From: a virus
Lineage: Duplodnaviria; Caudoviricetes
Direction: 5' to 3' (one strand)
IMG/VR virus record: IMGVR_UViG_3300005937_000199
Location: 8,950-72,949 of that record
DNA length: 64,000 nucleotides
Shown here: piece after piece, positions 36,474 through 45,952 of the stretch
How the letters are laid out: each line of letters begins with the position of its first letter
Position numbering within the stretch: the stretch's first letter is position 1
Notes under the pieces: model-generated
What the model saw: the letters and a program-made list of their open reading frames with translations, nothing else
Told to the model about the DNA's origin: nothing
Databases searched by the model: none
Program-made: the position numbers and the translations under genes

Positions 36474-37976
36474 GTGAACATCCCTGTCATCATCGACAAC
36501 TGTGTGCGGGTGGACGGCAACTACCTCGGTAACGATCTCGTGGAGCAGATCCTTGACGAGTTGACGCTGCTGAACCCCGCCTGGGTCGATGCGCGGCAGA
36601 ATGGTAGGGATGAGGAGGACATCGCGAAGTGGATCATACTTGCTGAGCTTGGTGATGAGGAGTCCGGCGACACGCTGGTCATGCCGCGAGGCTACGCCTA
36701 CGAGTTCAAGCTGCTGCTGCGCGAGCATGGGCACCGTGTCCAGTGGCTTGACAGACGACAATGGCAGCGCGGAGCGGAGTTCGGTCACCCGCCTGACTTC
36801 CGCGATCACCAGGTCATCGCGGTGCGCAAGCTGCGTCACCATCAGCAGGGGATCTATGAGGCACCGACTGGATCTGGCAAGACTGTTGCTATCTGTGGCC
36901 TGATCCAACTGCTCCACCCTGAGCGGTCTATCATCTTGGTTGACAAGATCGAGCTACTGCATCAGTGGCGCAAGGAGATGCTGGAGCACACCGGCATCCC
37001 GGAGCGTCTGCTCGGTCAGATCGGCCAGGGTAAGTGGATCGAGCGGCGCGTCACCGTTGCGACCGTTCAGACGCTCAGGAAGGCGCTCAGAGAGGGCCGG
37101 ATTGATCGTGAGTGGTTCCGCCAGTGGGACCTGATGGATCTGGACGAGTGCCATCACGTGACCGCAGAGACAATCATGGAGCTTGTCAGTCTCTTCTGGT
37201 CGCGGATTCGGCTCGGCAATTCCGCCACGCCGGATCGGCAGGATGCGAAGTTTGACATTGCACTTGATGTGATAGGAGATGTCGTACACAGTGAAGCCGA
37301 AGACGAGCTACGAGAGGCGGGACTCATCGTTGCCCCCACGGTCTACAAGATTCCAACCAACTTCACATTCCAGTACACCCGCGCCCACCAGTCGGGGCCG
37401 AACGGGCAGTGCGAGATCGAGAAGTGCAAGATCAAGCGGCAGCACAGCCACCGCAACAACTACCACAAGCTTCGAGCGGCGCTGGTTGCTGATCCAGTCC
37501 GCAATGGTCTTGTCGCAAGTGCGCTCCTTGCGCAGATCGAGGAGGGACCGCACGTCCACCTCGTGATCTCTGACGAGGTGCGTCACCTGGAGAACCTGAT
37601 GATGGCGTACACGCACGCCGCCAAGCGGTTGAAGGTCAAGCTTCCACCAACCTACCTGCTAACTGGCAAGACGCCGAAGGCACGGCGGGTCAAGATCATT
37701 AGTGAGGTCAACTCGCTTGATGATGTGGTGCTGTTCAGCACGGTGGCCAAGGAGGGCCTGGACGTGCCGATGATCGACCGCATCTACTTGCCCTTCCCCG
37801 GCAACAACCCGGCTGCTACAGAACAGAAGGTCGGCCGGGGCACACGCGGGCGCGACGGCAAGGGCGAGGTACTGGTGCTCGACTTCGTGGATGTCAATGT
37901 CAAGCTGCTGCGCAGGCACTTCAAGACGCGGCGGACGAAGGTGTACGACAAGCTCGGTCTGAAGGTCGTGCTCTGA
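36474..37976 (+). CDS. SF2 (DEAD/DEAH-box) helicase
   Basis: APTGSGKT, DECHH, SATP, VAKEGLDVP and QKVGRGTR motifs. Confidence 0.93.
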   Translation: MNIPVIIDNCVRVDGNYLGNDLVEQILDELTLLNPAWVDARQNGRDEEDIAKWIILAELGDEESGDTLVMPRGYAYEFKLLLREHGHRVQWLDRRQWQRGAEFGHPPDFRDHQVIAVRKLRHHQQGIYEAPTGSGKTVAICGLIQLLHPERSIILVDKIELLHQWRKEMLEHTGIPERLLGQIGQGKWIERRVTVATVQTLRKALREGRIDREWFRQWDLMDLDECHHVTAETIMELVSLFWSRIRLGNSATPDRQDAKFDIALDVIGDVVHSEAEDELREAGLIVAPTVYKIPTNFTFQYTRAHQSGPNGQCEIEKCKIKRQHSHRNNYHKLRAALVADPVRNGLVASALLAQIEEGPHVHLVISDEVRHLENLMMAYTHAAKRLKVKLPPTYLLTGKTPKARRVKIISEVNSLDDVVLFSTVAKEGLDVPMIDRIYLPFPGNNPAATEQKVGRGTRGRDGKGEVLVLDFVDVNVKLLRRHFKTRRTKVYDKLGLKVVL

Positions 37977-38161
37977 TGCCGTTCTACGCCGTCGTCTGGT
38001 GCAGTGATTGCAATGGAGTTGACTTCGAGGGCTGCTTCGACGGCGACGTGGAGCGCCACGGCCCGTTCGATACTTCAGCCGCCGCCGATGAAGTTGGCAA
38101 GTCGGTTGCTGATATGTGCCCAGGGATCTGGAAGTACGAGGTCGAGGAGAAGCCGGAGTGA
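37976..38161 (+). CDS. small hypothetical protein
   Basis: TGATG-coupled start; coding-like codon use. Confidence 0.65.
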   Translation: MPFYAVVWCSDCNGVDFEGCFDGDVERHGPFDTSAAADEVGKSVADMCPGIWKYEVEEKPE

Positions 38162-38163
38162 CA

Positions 38164-38280
38164 ATGGCCCTGACAACTGATGACTTCGCATTGATCCTGA
38201 TCATCTGGTTCCTCGTCATCGTCCTGGTTCTCTGGTGTCTCGGCCGCGTCCCCAAGGAGGATGATGATGATCGCCGCTGA
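38164..38280 (+). CDS. 38-aa single-TM microprotein
   Basis: MALTTDDFALILIIWFLVIVLVLWCLGRVPKEDDDDRR; fills the gap between coupled genes. Confidence 0.6.
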   Translation: MALTTDDFALILIIWFLVIVLVLWCLGRVPKEDDDDRR

Positions 38281-38362
38281 GCAGATCACCGACTTCTGGA
38301 TTCTCTTCTTCGTCCTCTGCGCCGCCGTCCTGATCGGAATCGCGATCTACTACCAACGCTGA
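38267..38362 (+). CDS. 31-aa single-TM microprotein
   Basis: AAGGAGG RBS; MIAAEQITDFWILFFVLCAAVLIGIAIYYQR; TGATG overlap with the RNase H gene. Confidence 0.6.
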   Translation: MIAAEQITDFWILFFVLCAAVLIGIAIYYQR

Positions 38363-38916
38363 TGCAATACAGAACAACATCCGGGCATCATGTCAAGAAG
38401 GTTGGTTTCGCCACGCTGCACATCGATGGCGGCTGTCGGCCGACCAACCCTGGACCGGCGGGGATGGCTGCCGTGGTCAACTTCCCAGCCTACGGCCTGC
38501 ACTACGAACTCGCCCGCCCGCTCGGGATCAAGACCAACAACCAGGCCGAGTACATCGCGCTGATCGTCGGCGTCAAGTACGCCCACACGCTCGGTGCCAA
38601 TGGACTGGACATCTTCACGGACTCGAAGCTGGTGCTGAACCAGATGAAGGATCTCTGGTACATCCGGGAGCGGCGGTTGTACGACCTACGCCACGAGGCA
38701 CGCGGCTGGCTCGACGCGATGTTCGAGAAGAACTGGGAACTGACCTGGATACCGCGCGAGCAGAACACCGAGGCCGATGCACTGTGCACGGAAGCGATCC
38801 TCTGCAACAACCCGTGGATTCCGAACTTCAAGGACCCCTTCCGGCCACCACACAAGCGCTGGTTTCCGCACAACCGGAGTGTGATGATCGAGGTCTGCCT
38901 GCCACATGCCAGGTAG
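38362..38916 (+). CDS. rnhA: ribonuclease HI-family protein
   Basis: IDGGCRPTNPGPAG, TNNQAEYIAL, FTDSKLV and WIPREQNTEADAL motifs. Confidence 0.92.
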   Translation: MQYRTTSGHHVKKVGFATLHIDGGCRPTNPGPAGMAAVVNFPAYGLHYELARPLGIKTNNQAEYIALIVGVKYAHTLGANGLDIFTDSKLVLNQMKDLWYIRERRLYDLRHEARGWLDAMFEKNWELTWIPREQNTEADALCTEAILCNNPWIPNFKDPFRPPHKRWFPHNRSVMIEVCLPHAR

Positions 38917-39136
38917 ATTGTCGAATCGCTCCGTAAGGACTACTGGAATTCCTTCGGCTCCTATAGTCCCAATAGGAAGATATAAAGAAGGTTGATATAA
39001 GATACCGACATCCCCTCCCAGCCGCCCTTGACCCTACCATGCCATCCAAACTGGCATTCAAGGACTCTGAGAGAAGTACCATCCACCACAGAAAACCCTA
39101 CTCGCCCCGTCAAACTTCAGAACCAGAGCCAAATCC
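38917..39136. other. AT-rich non-coding region, candidate replication origin or promoter
   Basis: Most AT-rich stretch in the window; GATATAA twice; CCTAT...ATAGG inverted repeat. Confidence 0.45.
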
Positions 39137-39814
39137 ATGCCTCATATGATCTCGACCAAGCGTGAGGATCGTCCGCCGACGCGCGAGCCGGGACGCTTCT
39201 ACATCGATGAACTCGCGAAGCTCCTGAACCGCCGCCCGGACACGATCCGGCGATGGGAGGGAACAGAGACAAATCCTGGTAGGCTGCCCGCACACCTCAT
39301 CCCCCGGCGTGGGACCCGCGACTGGCGCTACTGGACTGACAGCCAGGTGTATGGAGCGCGTGGAATCATCGCTTGGAAGGAACGCGAAGACATGCGACCT
39401 GGCAACTTCTTCACCGACGCTTCACAGGAGGAGAACCATATCCGTCGCCTGCGCGTGCCGAAGCTGATCGATGAGGAGTTGCTGGAGGAGATCCACAAGT
39501 ACGCCTACGTGATCTCACGTGGTCCGAACAAGGGCAAGTGGGCACGGTCGCGGGATTGGATCATCAAGACGTACTACCCACAGAGTAGGTATCTGACGGT
39601 CGAGAACTTCCTGCGTGCAGTGCAACGCTACTTCGCGGAGCGCGGCTGGCCGTTCCCACCACCGTCAGACCGTGCCGTCAAGGCGTCGAACAAGAAGCGT
39701 GTCAAGACTCGCAAGGCCAACGAGCGTGCTGCCAAGCGGGCTGCTAGGGACCCGGAGATTCGTGCCATCGAGCGCGAGGCTGATCGACTGATCCGCATCA
39801 CTAACAATAGGTAA
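39137..39814 (+). CDS. MerR/excisionase-like HTH DNA-binding protein
   Basis: FYIDELAKLLNRRPDTIRRWE...RGTRDWRYWT. Confidence 0.7.
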   Translation: MPHMISTKREDRPPTREPGRFYIDELAKLLNRRPDTIRRWEGTETNPGRLPAHLIPRRGTRDWRYWTDSQVYGARGIIAWKEREDMRPGNFFTDASQEENHIRRLRVPKLIDEELLEEIHKYAYVISRGPNKGKWARSRDWIIKTYYPQSRYLTVENFLRAVQRYFAERGWPFPPPSDRAVKASNKKRVKTRKANERAAKRAARDPEIRAIEREADRLIRITNNR

Positions 39815-39822
39815 GGGGATAT

Positions 39823-40410
39823 ATGCCAGTTCGCAAGCCACCCGCTCGCAAAGCGCGGGGCAATCACACTGCTGTCACGGTCAAGCCTCCGGCTCGCCGT
39901 CCGGCGCGGCGCACAAGCCCGCGCGTTGAGGGAGACGAACCTGCTTCGACGGCCGGAGCCGTGCGCGAGCGCGTTACGCGCAACGTCACCGCTACTGCCA
40001 AGGTGGTTGATGGTGAAGTCTTGATCATCGGCCAGATCGCGGAGAAGGTGCCCGTCGCCCAGTTCGCCAACGTGGAGATCCTGTCCGGCTTCCAGTGGAA
40101 GCTCGGCGGCATCAACATGGAGGATCTGATCGATGTCGAGTGGGGTGACATCGACGGCGACGAGGACTCGGACACCTACGGTGAGTCCACGTTCGACTAC
40201 AGCGCCATGACACCGCGACAACAAGTTGCTTACGACCGCATCATGGGCGCGCGGAGGGCAACCATGAAGGTGCTGGAGCACGGCACCGCAGAGGACCGTG
40301 AGACGGTCGAGCGCAGCGTCAGAATGCACAACGAGCGGTTGGCCGAGGAAGAGGCTGCCGAGGCGAAGGCAGAGAACGCCAAGCGCCAGCGCAGACGCGC
40401 GTCGAGCTAG
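39823..40410 (+). CDS. hypothetical protein
   Basis: GGGGA RBS; operon context. Confidence 0.75.
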   Translation: MPVRKPPARKARGNHTAVTVKPPARRPARRTSPRVEGDEPASTAGAVRERVTRNVTATAKVVDGEVLIIGQIAEKVPVAQFANVEILSGFQWKLGGINMEDLIDVEWGDIDGDEDSDTYGESTFDYSAMTPRQQVAYDRIMGARRATMKVLEHGTAEDRETVERSVRMHNERLAEEEAAEAKAENAKRQRRRASS

Positions 40411-40412
40411 CT

Positions 40413-41705
40413 GTGGCAGATGTGGAAACAACGTTGGTATGGTCGGCCATCCAGAATGGCGACTTTGCCGATGTCATCACCCGTGGAGTCGAGTCCGATC
40501 ACTTCGTTGACGACGACGTTGCCACAGTCTACGAGTGGGCGCAGGACTTCTTTGTGGCGCACAAGCGCCAGCCCACAGCAGAGGCGATGTCAATCGAGTT
40601 TCCACACTTCAAGGCGCGACTGAGCAAGGAGCCGACGAGCTACCACCTAGATCGCTTCATCCGGCAGGTCAAGCAACGCGAGGCTGAGGAGGGCCTGCGC
40701 GACTTCTTCGACATGCTCGAAGACCCGAACGAGATCGATGACATCGAGATGCACGCGCTCGAATTTGCACATCGACTTGTTGAAGTCGTACCGGTGCCGC
40801 AGGCGATGTTCTTGGGCAAGGGCGCGACCGGCCGCAAGGAGGTCTACGACTACCGCAAGGAACACGGCATCCAGCATGGCCTGATGATGGGGATACCGAC
40901 GTTCGATCACCTGATGCTCGGGATGCAGCCGCACGAGTTGACGGTCTACGCCGGTCCTCCTGGCAGTGGCAAGACGACTGGTATGCAGTACACGTCGCTG
41001 CACGTCTACACGAACCACGGGATCAATGTGCTGTTCGTGTCACTGGAGGTCGAGGGCGAGCAGATCCTCCGCAAGTTCGACACCATGCTCAGTGGCATCA
41101 GCTACCGGGCGCTGAAGGCGATGGATCTCGATGTCGGCTCCGAGCGGCGCTGGACCGAGATCCTGGAGCGCTGCGAGCGCGAGAGCATGGAACGCGACAT
41201 CGTGATCCGGGACGACATTCGCAACTGCACTGTTGACAAGGTGATTGCTGAATCGATTCGGTTCAAGCCGGGGCTGGTCGCGGTGGATTACCTGGAGGAG
41301 ATGCGCTCGCGCAAAGGGCTGGCCGACTGGGAGAGCGTGCGTGACAACGCGCGTGGACTCAAACAGCAGGCGCGGGTAACGAAGACGCCGTACATCACCG
41401 GCACACAGATCAACCGCGACGGCGACACCGCTCACCAGTCGATTCACAAGATCGCGGATACGCTGATCCAACTGGTGCCGGACGAGGACGACGAGAAGGT
41501 GATGCTGTATCGTCTCCTCAAATATCGCGACGGACCATCACGCAAGGAGGCGTTGATGCGCTGGGATCTGGATCGGATGGACATCGGTGAGATCGCTCAC
41601 CGCAAGGAGTACCCCGCCCTCAAGGGACGGACAAATGGCAATCAGCCTGCCAGGCCACCGAGAAGGCCACGGCCGACGAGCCTGAGGAGTCTCCGTGTCC
41701 GCTGA
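40413..41705 (+). CDS. dnaB: DnaB-like replicative helicase
   Basis: AGPPGSGKTT, FVSLE, VAVDYL, QINR and KYRDG motifs. Confidence 0.9.
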   Translation: MADVETTLVWSAIQNGDFADVITRGVESDHFVDDDVATVYEWAQDFFVAHKRQPTAEAMSIEFPHFKARLSKEPTSYHLDRFIRQVKQREAEEGLRDFFDMLEDPNEIDDIEMHALEFAHRLVEVVPVPQAMFLGKGATGRKEVYDYRKEHGIQHGLMMGIPTFDHLMLGMQPHELTVYAGPPGSGKTTGMQYTSLHVYTNHGINVLFVSLEVEGEQILRKFDTMLSGISYRALKAMDLDVGSERRWTEILERCERESMERDIVIRDDIRNCTVDKVIAESIRFKPGLVAVDYLEEMRSRKGLADWESVRDNARGLKQQARVTKTPYITGTQINRDGDTAHQSIHKIADTLIQLVPDEDDEKVMLYRLLKYRDGPSRKEALMRWDLDRMDIGEIAHRKEYPALKGRTNGNQPARPPRRPRPTSLRSLRVR

Positions 41706-41943
41706 GATGCCGGAGAGTGCAGCCCGCTTGCTATCGGCTCTGGTGGACATCGAGGACCGCGCCATTGAAGTCGCTCGCGCGGGTGGGTGCCGCTGCCACC
41801 GGCCCGTGGAGGGCGTGGATCGCGAGTATCCGTACGCGAGGTTTGATCGCGCCCGCTCTGTGGGTAGACCGTTCGATCAGATCGAGTGGGAGTTGATCCA
41901 TGAGCCGGGATGCCCGATGGATGGTCAGACGGGGACCGGCTGA
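41695..41943 (+). CDS. hypothetical protein
   Basis: GAGGAG RBS; overlaps neighbours. Confidence 0.6.
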   Translation: MSAEMPESAARLLSALVDIEDRAIEVARAGGCRCHRPVEGVDREYPYARFDRARSVGRPFDQIEWELIHEPGCPMDGQTGTG

Positions 41944-42461
41944 TGGCCGCGCAACCAGGTACTTGGAGGAGAGAGTTCGGCAACTTCTATGTCGAGCCTG
42001 ACGGTTCGTTCGTAGAGCGAGAGTTCCAGATCGCAAAGCACGACGGGGATCGTATCTGGCAGCTTGTCATCAAGCGTGCACGGACGCCGCGACGAGCCAA
42101 GGCCCTAGGTGCCGAACGTCGGCTCACGGAGGAGCGGCTTTGCGACTGGAATGATCGCCGTGTCGATGTGATGCTGGCGCTGGTTGATCGCAAGATCGAG
42201 GACTGGCCATTCATCGCTGACATGTTGGTTGCCACTGGCTCCAAGAACATCGTGGAGTTCAACCGGCACCACGACAACTTTTGGGGCGATTGCACGTGTG
42301 CTCGGTGCTACAAGATCGGGCAGAACTGGCTTGGCGAGACGTTGATGCTGGTGCGCAGGCGGCTCGTGGAAGGCAAGTCCTACCCGTTCGTGCATACCGA
42401 GGAGGACATGCACCTGATCGCCGCCTCCCAGCCTCCGCACCGCCGTGCCTCGCGACCTTAG
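41943..42461 (+). CDS. NADAR (YbiA-like) family protein
   Basis: FGNFY...VEREFQIAK...AKALG...W...RVDVM...LVATG...IVE...DNFWG...GQNWLGETLMLVR. Confidence 0.88.
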   Translation: MAAQPGTWRREFGNFYVEPDGSFVEREFQIAKHDGDRIWQLVIKRARTPRRAKALGAERRLTEERLCDWNDRRVDVMLALVDRKIEDWPFIADMLVATGSKNIVEFNRHHDNFWGDCTCARCYKIGQNWLGETLMLVRRRLVEGKSYPFVHTEEDMHLIAASQPPHRRASRP

Positions 42462-43611
42462 TAGGACTGTCAAGCGACTTGGCGAACGTCCGGCGTGGCT
42501 GGATCAGGTACCGGCGCGCGAGATGCTGGAGGAGCTAGGCGTCGAGAACATCACCGACGCCTCGTTTGACGAGCTTCTGTTCTCGTGCCCGTTCGATGGC
42601 CACGCGCACGGTGACGAACGCCCGAGCGCGTACATGAACACCGGGGCCAAGGTCGCGCACATGGCGACCGTGTGGGTCTGCCACGGTTGTGGGCGCAGTG
42701 GCAATGCGATTGGCTTCGTTGCCGAATACTCTGGCATCACGCGCCAGCGCGCGAAGATCGAACTGCGCGAGCGCTTTGCTCCCGGCTGGCACAAGCCACG
42801 CGGCGGTTCGATGCGCGCGGAGTACGAGCTACGGCAGATGCAGCGCATAGAGCTAGAGCGCGATGCCTACCCGGAGATCCCGACGCTCGACTGGGAGATG
42901 TACGCGCAGCGCTACGAGGTGGACTGGCCCAGCTTCGAGGACGTGGAGTCGCCCGAGGTCCAGTACATGTTCGAGCGTGGCTTCACAGCAAGGGACTTGT
43001 CAGAGTGGCGGATCGGCTGGGATGAGGATTCCGACCGCATCACGATCCCCGTCTGCACGCCGGACGGTGAGCTTGTCGGGATGAAGGGGCGCGCGTGGGA
43101 CAAGGGCGTACGGATGAAGTACCGCGTGCTCGGAGACACCGAGAAGACGATCCGGCGCAACGGGGTTGTCTATGGGTTCGAGCCGTACTTGAAGAGTCAG
43201 GTAGTATTCGGTCTGCACATGTGGGGTCCACAACAGACCTACGTGTGGGATGAGGGCGAGATCAACGTGATGTCCTGGCGCAAGTTCGGAATCCCAGCGT
43301 TCTCCACCGGCTCGGCGTCGATGTCTGACGCCCAGGCGAAGGTCATTCGCGAGTTCTGCGACGAGGTGGTTGTGTTCGTGGATGACAACAAGGCTGGTGA
43401 ACATGGGACGTGGGGCTACACCGACAAGGACGGCGAGTACCACCCCGGCGCGGTCGCCAGACTGTCCCCGCACATGGCCGTGCGAATCGCAGACACGCAC
43501 GTCGCGGACGCGAACGACATGCTCGTGGCAGGCAAGCTCTGGCTAGCCCGCCGCCTCATCTACAGCGCCAAACCAGCGTGGCGGGGGCAGGTTCCGGGGG
43601 GCCTGCTATGA
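42445..43611 (+). CDS. dnaG: DNA primase (Zn-binding domain + TOPRIM)
   Basis: CPFDGH...DERPS...CHGCG zinc site; EGEINVMS; VFVDDNKAG; DANDML. Confidence 0.9.
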   Translation: MPRDLSRTVKRLGERPAWLDQVPAREMLEELGVENITDASFDELLFSCPFDGHAHGDERPSAYMNTGAKVAHMATVWVCHGCGRSGNAIGFVAEYSGITRQRAKIELRERFAPGWHKPRGGSMRAEYELRQMQRIELERDAYPEIPTLDWEMYAQRYEVDWPSFEDVESPEVQYMFERGFTARDLSEWRIGWDEDSDRITIPVCTPDGELVGMKGRAWDKGVRMKYRVLGDTEKTIRRNGVVYGFEPYLKSQVVFGLHMWGPQQTYVWDEGEINVMSWRKFGIPAFSTGSASMSDAQAKVIREFCDEVVVFVDDNKAGEHGTWGYTDKDGEYHPGAVARLSPHMAVRIADTHVADANDMLVAGKLWLARRLIYSAKPAWRGQVPGGLL

Positions 43612-43615
43612 TCCC
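43602..43615 (+). promoter_or_regulatory. extended -10 promoter TG-C-TATGAT
   Basis: CTGCTATGATCCC, identical to 55352-55364, upstream of the SSB gene. Confidence 0.6.
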
Positions 43616-43679
43616 GCCACACCACAGGGCCAGTGCCCGAGCGATCTAAGAGCGAACCGAATCCATACAAAGGAGCGAA

Positions 43680-44666
43680 GTGCCAGCACCACCGAGACGC
43701 CCCCGGCCAGCGGGCGTGAGGCCGAAGCGAGCGGCAACGTCGAGCAACGCAGGACTTGGCAATGTGGATGCCATCCTGGAGCGACAAGCCGAGAAGCGCG
43801 CGGCCGGACGAACGAACTGGGTGAAGGTGTCGGACGACGAGGAGTATCCGACCGTCATCCGGGCGTACGACGTGAGCGAAGGGATGTTCCGTGACGGGTA
43901 CATCCACCAGGTCGAGTTCGAGATCGACGTGGAAGATCGCAAGCGACGTGGCAAGACCAAGACCATCACGATCCGGCGCGACCGGATGTGCTTGGATCAG
44001 GACGAAGAGGGCGAGCCGTGCCCTGGCTGCCGGGATGAACTGGAGCGCCGCTTCAAGTTCTGGCTGCCGGTCATCGAACGTGACGCCCCGATTGTCACTG
44101 ACGCAGGGAAGATCACGGGCTACCAGGATCGCGTTGCGCTCCTGTCAGGTGGCTCGCGCCTGGTCGCGGTGCTGAACCGCATCCAGAAGAAGAAGGGACT
44201 TGTCAACCAGGATGTCGAGCTTACGAAGTCCGGCGAGGGCTTCAACGTCCAGTACGCAGGCGATGCGCTGTCGCGTACACCGTTGTCCGACGATGACAAG
44301 AAGATGATCAAGGACTTCGATGCCGAGAAGAAGCTGGATCGGTACACCGAGGTCTTCGACTTCGATCACTTCTTCGATCCACCTGGCAAGTCCGAGGACG
44401 ACGAGGACGACGATGACAAGGACGTTGGCGAGCGCTCCCGTCGTCGTGGATCGGCGTTCGGCCCCCGCCCCGGCCGGGGTCGCCCTTCCCAGCGTGACGA
44501 TGATGACGACGATGGCGATGATCGCCCGCGCCGTCAGCGCCGCTCAGGCCGTTCGTCAGCCGGTGGCCGTAAGCCAGGCCGCTTGGCAGGACTGAGTGCC
44601 CAAGACGACGGGGATGAACCCCGTTCCTCGCGGCGTCGGCCCCCACGCCGTCGGCCGCCCCGATAA
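43680..44666 (+). CDS. single-stranded DNA-binding protein (T4 gp32-like)
   Basis: CLDQDEEGEPCPGC zinc motif; DVELTKSGEGFNVQY; charged tail; lies within the replication cluster. Confidence 0.7.
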   Translation: MPAPPRRPRPAGVRPKRAATSSNAGLGNVDAILERQAEKRAAGRTNWVKVSDDEEYPTVIRAYDVSEGMFRDGYIHQVEFEIDVEDRKRRGKTKTITIRRDRMCLDQDEEGEPCPGCRDELERRFKFWLPVIERDAPIVTDAGKITGYQDRVALLSGGSRLVAVLNRIQKKKGLVNQDVELTKSGEGFNVQYAGDALSRTPLSDDDKKMIKDFDAEKKLDRYTEVFDFDHFFDPPGKSEDDEDDDDKDVGERSRRRGSAFGPRPGRGRPSQRDDDDDDGDDRPRRQRRSGRSSAGGRKPGRLAGLSAQDDGDEPRSSRRRPPRRRPPR

Positions 44667-44699
44667 CCAACCGATCCATCGAAGGAGGATCAAAGTAGC

Positions 44700-45155
44700 A
44701 TGGACGTTTACATCTACCAGGAGCAGACCCGCAAGGTCCGTGGCGAGGACACGATCTTGCTGGCCCCCATCGGAGTGCTGGAAGGCTTCGATGACGAGGA
44801 CGCGGCGCTGGAGGCGCTGATCGAGGCCGAGCCGTCGTACCTCGGCGTGGAGCTTGTCATCTTCACGCAGGAGCCGCAGTACATCACCGCCGCCGAGCCG
44901 CCGCCCACGAAGTACGTCTTCCAGCGGCGCAACGGCAGCGGCGCGGTCGTGGAGGAGGAGCCGGAGGCCGAGCCGGAGGAGGAGCCGGAACCGGAACCGG
45001 TCGCCGTCGCGACCAAGCGCCGACCGGCTGCCAAGAAGCCTGCCGCTTCCAAGAAGCCCCCGGCCAAGAAGCGCCCCGCCACCCGTGCGGGAACGCGGGC
45101 CGGTGCCGGTGGGCGGAAGTCGCCCTTCACCGCCAACGCCAAGTCAGCCGAGTAG
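44700..45155 (+). CDS. hypothetical protein with acidic linker and PAAKK-rich tail
   Basis: AAGGAGG RBS; EEEPEAEPEEEPEPEP followed by KRRPAAKKPAASKKPPAKKRP. Confidence 0.75.
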   Translation: MDVYIYQEQTRKVRGEDTILLAPIGVLEGFDDEDAALEALIEAEPSYLGVELVIFTQEPQYITAAEPPPTKYVFQRRNGSGAVVEEEPEAEPEEEPEPEPVAVATKRRPAAKKPAASKKPPAKKRPATRAGTRAGAGGRKSPFTANAKSAE

Positions 45156-45157
45156 TC

Positions 45158-45952
45158 GTGGAGGGTGATCCGTTTCTGATCGCCCTTCACAGTGTCAAGG
45201 GGGCTGGCAAGGACACAACGTACGGCTTCATTCAGGAGTGGTGCGAACGGTCCAAGCCAGCCCTCTCGGCTGTCAAGAGGGGGTTCGCAGACAAGGCCAA
45301 GTGGGCTTATGCCCGCCAGTTCTTCCCGACGATCTCGGAGGAGGACGCCATCAAGTGGGTTGATGCTCTCAAGGACACCGACGCCAAGATCATCTTCCCC
45401 AGCTTCGATCCAGTGCCGAGCGGTGGCAGGTCGGATGGCATCTGGAAGGACACTGTAGCCCCGTTCAGGCTGCACATGGCGCGCTTTGCTACGGAGAGCG
45501 CCCGCGAGATCTACGGCTATGACCACTGGGTTGACCAGGTGCTCCCACTGGAGGCCAATGACAGGAACCCGGAGGGCTGGCGCGGTAACTTCCTGGTGCC
45601 GCCGCGTAGTGAAGCTGACTTCCCGTACAGCTTTGCACACTACGCTGTCATCACCGACATGCGCTTCGAGAACGAGGTCGAGCGTGTGCTGGCGCTTCGT
45701 GGACTACGGGTGAAGATCCGCCGTCGCGATGCTGAGAAGGCTGTGATCGCAGAGGCCGAGCGCGAGGGCCGCAAGGTTCACGATAGTGAGCTTGGCCTGC
45801 CGGACGAGATGTTCGATGTCGTCATCGGCAACAGTGACAACAACCTTGTCGAAGCTCGCCGCAAGACGTGGCACATGCTGCACGAGATCGAGTACAACGG
45901 CATCGAGTCGATCCGGCGAGGACGACCACTGCCCTGGAAGATCGGATACTGA
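45158..45952 (+). CDS. deoxynucleoside monophosphate kinase
   Basis: IALHSVKGAGKDT, FADKAK and VITDMRFENE motifs. Confidence 0.82.
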   Translation: MEGDPFLIALHSVKGAGKDTTYGFIQEWCERSKPALSAVKRGFADKAKWAYARQFFPTISEEDAIKWVDALKDTDAKIIFPSFDPVPSGGRSDGIWKDTVAPFRLHMARFATESAREIYGYDHWVDQVLPLEANDRNPEGWRGNFLVPPRSEADFPYSFAHYAVITDMRFENEVERVLALRGLRVKIRRRDAEKAVIAEAEREGRKVHDSELGLPDEMFDVVIGNSDNNLVEARRKTWHMLHEIEYNGIESIRRGRPLPWKIGY

